64,000 nt of DNA from Chthoniobacterales bacterium (GTDB taxonomy: Bacteria; Verrucomicrobiota; Verrucomicrobiia; Chthoniobacterales; Chthoniobacteraceae): the NCBI GenBank assembly GCA_038318725.1, contig JBBQCM010000012.1, forward strand, positions 13,788-77,787, read 5' to 3'. Below the pieces are notes generated by a model. That model was not told the DNA's origin. It saw only the letters and a program-made list of their open reading frames with translations, and ran no database searches. Shown piece after piece: positions 37,407 to 46,837 of the stretch (the first letter of the stretch is position 1; each line of letters opens with the position of its first letter). Position numbers and translations under genes: made by a program.

Positions 37407-38921
37407 ATGCTCTTCGTCGAATTCCGCTTCTTCGTTTTCTTTCTCGTCGTCTTCTCCGTCCACTGGGCGCTGCGCGGCAACACCGCGCGCAAGGCGTGGC
37501 TGCTGGCCTGCGGACATTTTTTCTACGCCTGCTTTTTCATCGGCGATCCGCTCGTCTTCCTCGGCCAGTTGCGCGCTGGCGAGTGGGCGAAAATGCCCGC
37601 CGGCTGGTGGTTCCCCGCGGTGCTCTGGGGCTCGACGATCATGGACTACATCGTGGGCCGCGGCCTCGGCGCATCGCACGGCGGGCGTGCCCGCAAGGCC
37701 TGGCTCGTGGTCAGCCTCGCGGTGAATCTCGGCGTCCTCTGCTGCTTCAAATACTTCAATTTCTTCGTCACCTCCGCCGGCGCGTTTCTCGACTGGTTCG
37801 GCCTGCACACTTCGCTGCACACGCTGAACATCATCCTGCCCTACGGCGTGAGCTTCTACACGTTCCAGTCGATGAGCTACTCGATCGACGTCTATCGTCG
37901 CCGCCTCGCACCCGTCCGCAGCTTCCTCGACCTCGCCTTCTTCATCTCGTTTTTTCCCCAGCTCGTCGCCGGCCCCATCGTCCGCGCGATGACTTTCCTC
38001 CCGCAGGTCGTTGAAAAGCGCGTCTGGGCGCGCGTCGATGTCCGCGCCTGCTGCACGCTCTTCTTCATCGGCTTCGTCAAAAAAGCCTGCGTCTCCGAAT
38101 TCGCCGCGCAGATCGCCGACGCCTTCTTCGCCGAGCCGACGAAATACGACCACCTCAGTTCCGTCCTCGGCGTTTGTTTTTACGCCGTCCAGATCTACTG
38201 CGACTTCAGCGGCTACACCGACATGGCCATCGCCTGCGCGCGGCTGCTCGGCTACGAACTCACGCCGAATTTTGACTTCCCGTATTTCTCCCGGAGCATC
38301 ACCGATTTCTGGCGGCGCTGGCACATCTCGCTCAGCACCTGGCTGCGCGACTACCTCTACATCTCGCTCGGGGGCAACCGCGGCTCGAAACTTTTCACCT
38401 ATCGCAACCTCCTCCTTACCATGCTGCTCGGCGGCCTGTGGCACGGCGCTTCGTGGACCTTCGTCATCTGGGGCGGCATGCACGGCGTCGCGCTCATCTT
38501 CCACCGTGAGTGGCTGCGACTCACCGAAAACGCCGGCGCGCTTTTCAAGACAGTCATGGCCTGGCTGGCCGTACCGCTCACTTTCTACTGGGTCTGCCTC
38601 ACCTGGATTTTTTTCCGCGCCGCCCCGCTTCTCGACGAAAAGGCCGGCACCGTCAAAGCAACCAGCCTCGAAATGGCCCAGCGCATTTTCAAAGCGTTCA
38701 CCCTCTTCGGCAAACACGGCGCCAAATCCTTCGGCTTCTATTGCCTCGTCGTCCTCCTCGTCCTCGCCCTCATCCACTGGCTGAACAGCCGCCGCGTTTT
38801 CACCGCTGCCTGGCAGCGCCTGCCCAACTGGGCCGCCGCCGCGCTCCTCGGCGTTGGCACCGAACTCGCGATCCTTTTCGTGCCCGTAAAATACAAGGCG
38901 TTCATCTATTTCCAATTCTGA
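37407..38921 (+). CDS. MBOAT-family membrane-bound O-acyltransferase (AlgI/DltB/PatA-like)
   Basis: 504-aa polytopic membrane protein with the MBOAT core (YTFQSMSYSIDVY, conserved His in WRRWHISLSTWLRDYLYISLGGNRG). It starts 7 nt after paralog 3. Confidence 0.9.
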   Translation: MLFVEFRFFVFFLVVFSVHWALRGNTARKAWLLACGHFFYACFFIGDPLVFLGQLRAGEWAKMPAGWWFPAVLWGSTIMDYIVGRGLGASHGGRARKAWLVVSLAVNLGVLCCFKYFNFFVTSAGAFLDWFGLHTSLHTLNIILPYGVSFYTFQSMSYSIDVYRRRLAPVRSFLDLAFFISFFPQLVAGPIVRAMTFLPQVVEKRVWARVDVRACCTLFFIGFVKKACVSEFAAQIADAFFAEPTKYDHLSSVLGVCFYAVQIYCDFSGYTDMAIACARLLGYELTPNFDFPYFSRSITDFWRRWHISLSTWLRDYLYISLGGNRGSKLFTYRNLLLTMLLGGLWHGASWTFVIWGGMHGVALIFHREWLRLTENAGALFKTVMAWLAVPLTFYWVCLTWIFFRAAPLLDEKAGTVKATSLEMAQRIFKAFTLFGKHGAKSFGFYCLVVLLVLALIHWLNSRRVFTAAWQRLPNWAAAALLGVGTELAILFVPVKYKAFIYFQF

Positions 38922-38956
38922 CCCCCTGCGGCCGACGGCGGCGTGTTTGCGGCCTT

Positions 38957-41900
38957 CTACAATGGCTCCGTCCGCCGCTCCCCCCCGCGCGCGCCAAGAT
39001 TGCCGTAGCGGTGATAGGCGTGACTGACCGACTGCTCGCGCACATACCAGAGCAGTTCCACACGGCCCTCCGTCAGCACTGGCGCATCCGCGAGAAACAC
39101 GCCCGCCTCGTGCGCGGCTGTGCGCAACTCCGCCGGCACGCGATCCGCAGCTGCAAAGCGCACCCGCTCCACGGCACCAATGCGGATCGCCGCAGCGAGT
39201 TCGTCATCCGTTTCCTCGATGAACTCGATCCCCGCCGCCCAAGCATCCGTCATTTCATCCAGCACCTTCACCGCTCCGTTGGTGAAATCCGACGCGGTGC
39301 TCATCGTCACCCGGCAGCCCGCCGCCCGCGCCGCGCACGGGCGGGCGAAGACCGAAAAAAACGAGTCCCGCGCATCCACCCTCACGCGCACTGATGAAAT
39401 AGGCAGATAGCGCCGCACATTATCCTCCCCGAGCAGGCGAAAGTGATCGTGCTCCCGGTCGAATTCCTCGCGAAACACCCGGTCGTAACTTGCCATCGCC
39501 GCCAGCACCCGCGCGACTTCCCCCGGTTCCGCCTCGACCTCCACCGCCAGCAACCGCTGGCGCAAATCTTCGAGCGCGCCATTCGCCAACGGCTCCGCCT
39601 CGAGCGGCGCGAAACGGTCTTGAAACTCCATGAACTGCGCCACGTAATTCGGCCCGCCTGCCTTCATTCCCGGCCCGAAGCAGGACTTGCCCATGCCGCC
39701 GAACGGCTGCCGCAGGACGATCGCGCCGGTCGTTGGCTTGTTGATGTAGAGATTACCCGCCCGGATGCCCGCCTTCCACTGCGCCTGCTCGCGGTCGTCG
39801 AGCGACTCCAGCCCGCTCGTCAGCCCGTAACCTGTTGCGTTCACGAGCGCGATGGCCTCCGCGAGCCTGGTGAAACGCATCACGCCCAGCACCGGCCCGA
39901 AGAACTCCGTCAGATGCGTGAAGCTCCCCGCCTGCACGCCATACTTCACTCCAGGCGACCACAGCTTCGGATCGCCTCCGATCTGCCGCGGCGTGACCAC
40001 CCACGACTCGCCCGGTTCAAGCGTGGTCGACGCGCGGTGGAGATCGCCGGATGGTGGACGGATCAGCGGGCCGAGTCGCACCGGCAGTTCCCACGCGGGG
40101 CCGAGGGTCAGGCTTTCGACCGCGTCGCGCAACATACTTTGAAAAGCTGGATCGTCATAAACCTCCGCCTCCAGCAGGAGCAGCGAAGTCGCCGAACACT
40201 TCTGCCCGCCGTGGCTGAACGCCGAATGGACGACATGCTTCACTGCCTGCTCGCGATCCGCGAGCGCCGTCACGACCGTCGCGTTCTTTCCACCCGTTTC
40301 CGCAAACAGCCGCATCTCCGGCCGCGCCCGCAGCATCCGCAGCGCGGTCTCCGTGCCGCCGGTCAGGATCACCGCATCCACGCCGGGGTGTGCGACCAAC
40401 TCGCGGCCCGCGCCACTGCCGGGACCCGGGAGAAATTGCAGCGCGTCGCGGGGAACGCCGCCGCGCCAAAAGCACTCGCACAATTCCCGCGCGATCTGCA
40501 CCGCGTCGGAGGCTGGTTTGAGGATCACCGTATTCCCCGCCGCCAGCGCCGCGGCGATGCCGCCGCACGGAATGGCGATCGGAAAATTCCACGGCGACAC
40601 CACCACGACCACGCCGCGCGGTTTCGCCTGCACCTTCGGCAATTCGTAAAAATAGCGCGCCGTGCTGCGGTAGAACTCCACGAAATCCACCGCTTCGGAA
40701 ACCTCGGGATCGGCCTCGGCGATGGTCTTGCCGCCTTCGGCCATCGCCGCGCGGATCAGCGTGCCGCGGGCGTCGCGGAGCTGCTGCGCGACTTGGCCGA
40801 GGATGGCGGAGCGGGTATCGACGGACATGGAACGCCAGCCAGCAGGATCGGTCTGGGAGGTGGCCACGGCGGCTGAAACTTCCGCGACCACTCCGGCAGG
40901 CTGGGATGCCTGCCCTGCCACTTGCGCCGCAAGCTTCGCCGCCCACTCGCCGTTCTGCGGAAGCGCGAAATCCGTGTCCGGCTCGTTTTCAAACTTGGTC
41001 CAGATCATCTCCGTGCGCGGCTTGCCGGCGAGCGGGTGCCGGCGGTTTTGCGAGCGGCGCGGCGCGTCGGAGAAGGCCAGGTGAAAGACGGCGCAGAAGT
41101 CGTTTTCGAGCGCCGCCCATTCGTCGCTGCCCACCCGGAGCTTAAAGGCGTGCCGAAGGAAATTCTCCGGCCCAGTGTTTTCATCCAGCCGCCGGATGAG
41201 GTAGCCGATGGCGTGGAGAAATTCCTCCTTCCGGCAGGCCGGCGCGTAGAGCAGCAGGTTGCGCGAGTGTTCGAAAAGCGCCCGCCGCTGATGGTTGGCC
41301 ATCCCTTCCAGCATCTCGAACTGCACCCGCCCGCCGGCCTCCGCTTCCGCCGCCAGCACCAGCCCGAAGGCCACATCGAAAAGATTGTGCGACGCCACGC
41401 CGATCCGCACCGCCGCGAGGTTCTTTGGCGTGATCGCCTCCGCCAGCATGCGTTTGTAATTCGCATCCGTCTCCGCCTTCGTCCGAAACGTCGCCTGCGC
41501 CCAGCCTCGCAGTGACGCCTCGACGCGCTCCATTTCCATGTTCGCGCCTTTCACGATCCGCACCGTGATCGCCGCGCCACCCCGAGCCACCCGCCGGTGC
41601 GCCCACGCCTGCAGTTCGCGCAGCACCCGCGCCGAGTCCGGGACATAGGCCTGGAGGGCAATTCCCGCCTCCACCTTTTCCAGCCCAGGCCGCCCCAGCG
41701 TCTGCATGAAAGCGTCCGCCGTCAGCCGCAGGTCGCGATATTCCTCCATGTCGAGGTAGATGAACTTTGCCACGCTCACGCCGTCCGCCCGCACAAACCG
41801 CAGCTCTGCCGCGGCCCGATATAGCAGCTCCAGCCGGTCGCAGAGGACACCCACCGTGTGGTCACGCGCGAGCGCCGAGATCTGCGAGTAGATCGTCGAG

Positions 41901-42454
41901 ATTTTCACCGACAGGCACTCGACCTCTGGCAGCCGGAGCGCTTCGAGATAGCGGTGCAACCGCCGCCGGGCCTCCTCTTCGCCGAGCAGCGCCTCGCCGA
42001 GAAAGTTCACATTCATGCGCAAGCCCTCCGCATGTCTCGCGAGCAGATGCGCGGCCAGCACCTCGCGCTCCGCCGGCAGTACTACGTTCGCCGTTTCCTG
42101 CTGCATGTGCTCCCGCACGAGCGGCACCGACACGCCCGGCAGCCAGCCGCCAAAGGTCTGAAAGCCCCGCAGCAGTGCGCGGTCGATCGGACTGAAAAAC
42201 CGCGGCACGCCCTGCACATCGAGGATGTGCGTGAACTGCTCCGCCACCCGCGCCGCAGCGCGCGCTCGAAACGCCTGATCCGTGAGCTGGACCAGCGTCA
42301 CCTTGTCCGCCGGGGTCTGCAGCATGCGATCCAGCTCCGCTTGCTGCCGTCGCTCGGCGCCGGTCTGGAGCGCCACCGCCCGCACCTGCAATTCCCGCGC
42401 GAGGGCGATGGCGCGTTCGACCAGTTCCGGGGCAATCGAAAAATCAGCGGGCAT
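38957..42454 (-). CDS. putA: Bifunctional proline dehydrogenase / L-glutamate-gamma-semialdehyde (P5C) dehydrogenase
   Basis: The 1165-aa product has an N-terminal PRODH barrel and a C-terminal ALDH domain with catalytic Cys (GGQKCSATS) and Glu (LEGPSxK-like FAETGGKNA). Confidence 0.9.
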   Translation of the reverse strand: MPADFSIAPELVERAIALARELQVRAVALQTGAERRQQAELDRMLQTPADKVTLVQLTDQAFRARAAARVAEQFTHILDVQGVPRFFSPIDRALLRGFQTFGGWLPGVSVPLVREHMQQETANVVLPAEREVLAAHLLARHAEGLRMNVNFLGEALLGEEEARRRLHRYLEALRLPEVECLSVKISTIYSQISALARDHTVGVLCDRLELLYRAAAELRFVRADGVSVAKFIYLDMEEYRDLRLTADAFMQTLGRPGLEKVEAGIALQAYVPDSARVLRELQAWAHRRVARGGAAITVRIVKGANMEMERVEASLRGWAQATFRTKAETDANYKRMLAEAITPKNLAAVRIGVASHNLFDVAFGLVLAAEAEAGGRVQFEMLEGMANHQRRALFEHSRNLLLYAPACRKEEFLHAIGYLIRRLDENTGPENFLRHAFKLRVGSDEWAALENDFCAVFHLAFSDAPRRSQNRRHPLAGKPRTEMIWTKFENEPDTDFALPQNGEWAAKLAAQVAGQASQPAGVVAEVSAAVATSQTDPAGWRSMSVDTRSAILGQVAQQLRDARGTLIRAAMAEGGKTIAEADPEVSEAVDFVEFYRSTARYFYELPKVQAKPRGVVVVVSPWNFPIAIPCGGIAAALAAGNTVILKPASDAVQIARELCECFWRGGVPRDALQFLPGPGSGAGRELVAHPGVDAVILTGGTETALRMLRARPEMRLFAETGGKNATVVTALADREQAVKHVVHSAFSHGGQKCSATSLLLLEAEVYDDPAFQSMLRDAVESLTLGPAWELPVRLGPLIRPPSGDLHRASTTLEPGESWVVTPRQIGGDPKLWSPGVKYGVQAGSFTHLTEFFGPVLGVMRFTRLAEAIALVNATGYGLTSGLESLDDREQAQWKAGIRAGNLYINKPTTGAIVLRQPFGGMGKSCFGPGMKAGGPNYVAQFMEFQDRFAPLEAEPLANGALEDLRQRLLAVEVEAEPGEVARVLAAMASYDRVFREEFDREHDHFRLLGEDNVRRYLPISSVRVRVDARDSFFSVFARPCAARAAGCRVTMSTASDFTNGAVKVLDEMTDAWAAGIEFIEETDDELAAAIRIGAVERVRFAAADRVPAELRTAAHEAGVFLADAPVLTEGRVELLWYVREQSVSHAYHRYGNLGARGGERRTEPL

Positions 42455-42518
42455 ATTTTCGCGCTACGCTGCCAGTCCCACGCCGCGCTTCAACCATTGA
42501 AGCCCGCGCCCGCGGAGA

Positions 42519-44507
42519 TTAACGCGGCCCGGCTCCCGGCCCGCCGGGAAACGCACCGGGTGGTGGTGCGAAGTCTTTGTCAATCCCGGCGCGCAGTTGC
42601 TCTTCGGTCAGGGTTCCCGATTGGTCGCTGTTCCAAGCGGTGAACCATTTCGCAAAGCCTGCCGTGAACTCGGTGTGCGTGAGTTGGCCGTCCTTGTCCG
42701 CATCAAATGCGGCGATGAACACAGGTCCGAGCATGTTCCCCGGCCCGAACCCCCCGGGGCGCCCGCCCGGCCCGCCACCACCGGGACCAAACGCGGGCGC
42801 CGGTGTTTCCGGGACTTTCCCCGCGAGTTGATCGATGACCGACTGCGCCCGCACCATGGTGAACGGCTTGATCGGCTTTCCGCCCATGCCGCCCGGCCCG
42901 CCTGGACCCGGACCACCGCCCGCCGCTGGTGTCGCCGACTCGCCCGAGACCGCGCGATCGAAGCGCGCGAGCTTCTCCTTTGACTCCTCCTCGACCACCG
43001 GGCGGAGCGTCGCGGCCAGTTCATCCACCTGCTGGGCAAAGCGCGCGGGAATGAAGAGCGTCTCGCTGAGTTCACCGAGCTTCGCGAGGTAGAGCGCCTT
43101 GAACGCCTCGACCTTGAAGAGCCGTTCGAGAAAGCGGTTCTCACCGCGCCAGGGCCGCTGGATGCTAAGTTGTGCGTTGGCGTCGCCGCCCATGAACTGC
43201 CCGAACGAGTGGTCGAGATCCCACGGCAGAAACTGGAAGCGGTGCGTCTTTGGGTGAAGGTAGAGGTAATAGTTCTGCCCCAGCGCGAGGATGCTATCCA
43301 TCGTCGCCAGCCAGACCGTCACCGCGAAGTAACGCGCCGTGGCCTCCAACTCCACAAAGTCGCCGAGCTTAGCCGCAAACTCTGCCTCGTCGGCCTTGGT
43401 GACGAACCGCGCGAAGTCGATTACCCGCTGCGCATCATCCGCGGAGACATCGCCCTTCGGGTCATAGATCTGTTTGTATTTCGACCACGCGTCCCCGAGA
43501 TCGGCGAAAAGGTTCGGCGTCACCGGCTTGAAAATCGCGCCCTTCTTGGTTGCGAAATTGTCGTCCGCGAAATCGTTGTCGATGGCTTCGACCAGCGAGT
43601 AGAGCCCGAGGAGCTGGCGCTCATATTTCCCTGGCACCGTGACGAACACCCGGGCATACGCGGTGCGCGGCGCCGGCACGCCCGCCTCCCGGTAGAGCCG
43701 GTAGGAAAGCACCTCATTCATCCAACTCGCATCGGCCACATTGTTGTGAAAATTGAGCGTGGTCAGCCCGGCGATCTTCTGGCCTTTGACGTATTTGTTG
43801 AGGTCGATCTTGAACGAGCGTTTCAGCCCGCCGCGCGACTCCATGTAGGTGCCGTTCCCCTTGTAGCGCACCGCCACATCCTTGAGCGGCTGGCCCTCAA
43901 ATTCCAAGTCCGCGTGGACGTACTTGAACTCAATGCCCATCGTCGATGCCAGGCCGTTGCGCTTCCCCTCCGCGCCCAGCAGCGGCGGGCCGCCACGGCC
44001 GCCGCCTGGTGGACCTCCGGGTCCAGCGCCAGGTCCAGCCGCAGGCGGAGCGAAAGTGACATTCAAACCCGCGCGCAGCTGATCCGCACTGACTCGGCCA
44101 GTCTTCTCCTTGTCCCAGGTGCCGAACCATTTCTCCCCCAGTCCCTGAAACTCGGCGGACGACAATTTCCCGTCCTGATCCGCGTCGCCCATTTGCAAAA
44201 AACCCGGTGCCAGAAATGTCCCCGGCCCGAACCTCGGCCGCCCACCCGGACCACCGCCAAACCCACTCGGCCCAGTCCCGCCCGCCGGCTCCAGCGCCGC
44301 CCATTGCTCTGGCGTGAATTGCAAATGAACCGTCCAGATTTTCTTCTCCGCAAAAAGCTTCGCTGCCTTCTTGGGCAGAACCTTGCCGACAACGGCCACC
44401 GGCAACTCCTCCGCGGCAACGCGCAGCGCCAAAAGGAGCGCAACTCCCAAGAAGCCAACCCTTCGAAGCGGACGAGCAGAATGACGGAACATGCGACGTA
44501 GAACCAC
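42519..44507 (-). CDS. Secreted CotH kinase-family protein flanked by EF-hand calcium-binding motifs and Gly/Pro-rich low-complexity linkers
   Basis: The CotH core is RVFVTVPGKYERQLLGLYSLVEAID...YYLYLHPKTHRFQFLPWDLDHSFG. EF-hand loops are DADQDGKLSSAEF and DADKDGQLTHTEF. It has a signal peptide. Confidence 0.8.
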   Translation of the reverse strand: MVLRRMFRHSARPLRRVGFLGVALLLALRVAAEELPVAVVGKVLPKKAAKLFAEKKIWTVHLQFTPEQWAALEPAGGTGPSGFGGGPGGRPRFGPGTFLAPGFLQMGDADQDGKLSSAEFQGLGEKWFGTWDKEKTGRVSADQLRAGLNVTFAPPAAGPGAGPGGPPGGGRGGPPLLGAEGKRNGLASTMGIEFKYVHADLEFEGQPLKDVAVRYKGNGTYMESRGGLKRSFKIDLNKYVKGQKIAGLTTLNFHNNVADASWMNEVLSYRLYREAGVPAPRTAYARVFVTVPGKYERQLLGLYSLVEAIDNDFADDNFATKKGAIFKPVTPNLFADLGDAWSKYKQIYDPKGDVSADDAQRVIDFARFVTKADEAEFAAKLGDFVELEATARYFAVTVWLATMDSILALGQNYYLYLHPKTHRFQFLPWDLDHSFGQFMGGDANAQLSIQRPWRGENRFLERLFKVEAFKALYLAKLGELSETLFIPARFAQQVDELAATLRPVVEEESKEKLARFDRAVSGESATPAAGGGPGPGGPGGMGGKPIKPFTMVRAQSVIDQLAGKVPETPAPAFGPGGGGPGGRPGGFGPGNMLGPVFIAAFDADKDGQLTHTEFTAGFAKWFTAWNSDQSGTLTEEQLRAGIDKDFAPPPGAFPGGPGAGPR

Positions 44508-44567
44508 GCCTCGCGGAAAAAAGCGCGCAGAACCGCGTGCGACTTTCGGTTGGCCGTTTGGCGCGGG

Positions 44568-45317
44568 TCAGAACGGGTTCAGCGTGACCGTCGCGGAGTC
44601 CTGCACCTTGTGCGAAGCCGGCGTGCTGACGAGTTCGGCGAACTGCTTCGCCCACTCCTTGATCGCCGTCCGCGCATGACCGTACGACGACATATCGCGC
44701 AGGCTGACGACGGCAAACTTATCCTGTTCATTATCCGCAAACTCGTAGAGCAGCTCGCCGCTCATGCTGTCCCTCACCTTGCCTTCGATGGCGATGTTGC
44801 CCTTGTTCATCGGGGCTAAAGCGCTCCCGCCTGGAGCACCGTAACGCGCGGCGTTGCCGACGACGTTAGTCGGATTCATCTCAATCAGCGCCAATTCCAG
44901 CGTGAGCACCCGCGGGCCTTTGCCGGTGGCCGCGGCAAAGCGGGAACCCGGAGTCTTGAGCGCGCCGAGGAAAGCCGCGCGCAGCAGCTCCGCCGTCTTT
45001 GCCACCGGCCGGTCCTTCGCCTTCGGCCCCTCGAGCACCGTGACCAGCGGCCGGTCCACGGGGCGCAAATAGACCGTTGTCACTGCCGGAATAAGGATCG
45101 CGTTGTACGTTCCCCGCTTCGCCTCAAACTTCGGATTCTCCCACGAAAGATTGAACGGTGCCCTCTCGCGATGCGGTTTCATTCGACCGGGGTTTTCGAT
45201 GAAGGCCGACGGCGGCACCGTCTTGGCTTTCAAGCCGGAGGAAGACGTGGCGCATCCGGCGGTCAGAGCCGCGAGCACGGCGCAGAGGGTGAGGGTGAAG
45301 AGACGGGGTGTTTTCAT
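44568..45317 (-). CDS. Lipoprotein (signal peptide + LTAGC lipobox), DUF3313-like
   Basis: Product MKTPRLFTLTLCAVLAALTAGCATSS. No enzymatic motif seen. Confidence 0.7.
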   Translation of the reverse strand: MKTPRLFTLTLCAVLAALTAGCATSSSGLKAKTVPPSAFIENPGRMKPHRERAPFNLSWENPKFEAKRGTYNAILIPAVTTVYLRPVDRPLVTVLEGPKAKDRPVAKTAELLRAAFLGALKTPGSRFAAATGKGPRVLTLELALIEMNPTNVVGNAARYGAPGGSALAPMNKGNIAIEGKVRDSMSGELLYEFADNEQDKFAVVSLRDMSSYGHARTAIKEWAKQFAELVSTPASHKVQDSATVTLNPF

Positions 45318-45486
45318 GTTAGGTGTTGTTGCCGGTGGATCCTGGGAGAAAAAGCAGCGCTGCCGCCGCTGGAATCTCCGTGAGAGTGCCGCGCCTTCGC
45401 AAAATGTCGAGCCCCGTGGAGCACCCAGCAGGATTCAGCCGGCAGCGGCGCAAATTCATGCAGGTTGCGCCGCGATGTCTGACTCA

Positions 45487-46398
45487 TCAATCGAGCTTGA
45501 GCACAGTTTTCAAAACATCCGCGATTTCCATCGCAGCACTGCGCAGACGCAGCGTGCGCGGATTCCACGCCAGACACATCTGGCGTGGCTTCTTATTGAG
45601 GAAGGGGAGATCGAATTCCCAAAACGCTTCCGCCGGCAAATCGCAGCGAGCGATGGTCGGGAGGATCGTCGCGCAACACCCGGAAACCAGCGCCCGGCAC
45701 GCTTGCGGAAACGACTCGCATTCCAGCTTGATCGAAACCTTCACCCGGCTCTTCTCCGCCCAATCCCGGAACTGCTGCACGAACGCGCCATCACCGCTTT
45801 GCATGGCCAGCGGGATTCCGTGCAAAAGCTGGCGAAGGCTTGGCGGCTCTTTGCCCCGAGCCAGCGTTCTCGGGCTGTAGAGCGCATACCTCACTTTGCC
45901 GAGGGGAAACGCGGCCAGCGGTTCTGAAACCGCGTCGCGCCTGACCAGCCCGAAATCGAGACTCAATTCCTGCAGGCGGTTGATGACCTCCGCCGTCCGC
46001 AGGTTTTGCAGCCGGAGACTGACCTTCGGCAGCGCGCCCTGGAGCCGGGCCAGACGCGGCAGCACCAGCCATTGCACCAGGCTGTCTCCCCCGCTGATCG
46101 AATAACTCAGCGGCCGCGCGCCCGCCTCCAGTTGGAAATCATGCAGCCGCCCGATGGACTCGCGCGCGATTTGCACCAGCTCCTTTCCCGCATCCGTCAA
46201 AACCAGCCCCTTGCCCTGGCGGCGGGTCAGTTCGATTTCAAAGAAATCCTCCAGCTCCTTGAGCTGCCGGCTGAACTGGCTTTGCCGCACGGGATCGCCG
46301 CCCGCCGCCCGCGCGATGCTGCCCGCCTCCGCCACTTCGCACAGCACCCGCAGCCGGTCCATCGACAGACCGCCGCGGGCAAAGAGTTTTTCAAACAT
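45487..46398 (-). CDS. LysR-family transcriptional regulator
   Basis: Start reset to MFEKLF... It has an N-terminal HTH (LRVLCEVAEAGSIARAAGGDPVRQSQFSRQLKELEDFFEIELTRR) and a LysR substrate-binding domain. Confidence 0.85.
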   Translation of the reverse strand: MFEKLFARGGLSMDRLRVLCEVAEAGSIARAAGGDPVRQSQFSRQLKELEDFFEIELTRRQGKGLVLTDAGKELVQIARESIGRLHDFQLEAGARPLSYSISGGDSLVQWLVLPRLARLQGALPKVSLRLQNLRTAEVINRLQELSLDFGLVRRDAVSEPLAAFPLGKVRYALYSPRTLARGKEPPSLRQLLHGIPLAMQSGDGAFVQQFRDWAEKSRVKVSIKLECESFPQACRALVSGCCATILPTIARCDLPAEAFWEFDLPFLNKKPRQMCLAWNPRTLRLRSAAMEIADVLKTVLKLD

Positions 46399-46469
46399 GA
46401 CTGACCAGTAACCCAACCCCGCAGTTTCCGAGATAGTCACCCCGCCGGGCGGGTGGCACTCTCCGCCCA

Positions 46470-46565
46470 TGATTTCGGAACTCAAGATCGTAACTTCAAA
46501 GCCTTCGGGCCCGCGCAGACGATTCCCCTGCGCCCGATCACGCTAGTCTGTCCAGAAAGGAGGTG
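46470..46565 (+). pseudogene. Frameshifted duplicate of the 5' end of the downstream P-loop ATPase gene
   Basis: ~85% nt identity to 46820-46930 (cactccgccca-ATGATTTC.GA....A.ATCG.TAACTTCAAAGCCTTCGGGCC...GCAGAC.ATTCC..TGCG.CCGAT.ACGCT.GTCT). There is a 1-nt deletion in the ggtaac-to-gtaac codon and a stop after ~32 codons. Confidence 0.55.
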
Positions 46566-46572
46566 ACACATC

Positions 46573-46641
46573 ATGTGGATCAAAGTTTTACTCGCAGCGG
46601 CACTGGCCGCTTTGGCGGAATTTGCACGGCACCAAAAATAG
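46573..46641 (+). CDS. Possible 22-aa hydrophobic peptide (MWIKVLLAAALAALAEFARHQK) with strong SD
   Basis: GAAAGGAGGTG lies 9 nt upstream of the ATG. No other support. Confidence 0.2.
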   Translation: MWIKVLLAAALAALAEFARHQK

Positions 46642-46837
46642 TGGATGTGTCCGGGCCTATCGAGGTGCCTGCCAGTCCCCGATCACCACGCCCTCGAATT
46701 CCCGGCGTGCTTTCGATCCTTGGCGGGCGATCCACGCTTGTGGCTCGCCGCCACGGAAAATCAGTGAACTACTTGTAAACGATTGAGGACAAGAAAAACT
46801 CGGTGGCAATGCGGCAGCGTGTTGCCCACTCCGCCCA

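Noticed and set aside
36987-38915. 642-aa minus-strand ORF opposite the MBOAT gene and paralog 3
   Set aside because: It is antisense to a polytopic MBOAT with conserved His. The artefactual product is Glu/Gly/Ala-rich.
39443-40876. 477-aa plus-strand ORF inside putA, with further overlapping ORFs 40155-41606
   Set aside because: They are antisense to putA. Their Arg/Pro-rich translations are characteristic of wrong-frame GC-rich DNA.
46563-46778. 71-aa ORF starting at GTG 46563
   Set aside because: The GTG is embedded in the AGGAGGTG element itself (zero spacing). The in-phase 22-aa ATG ORF at 46573 is the only reading compatible with that SD, and even that is weak.
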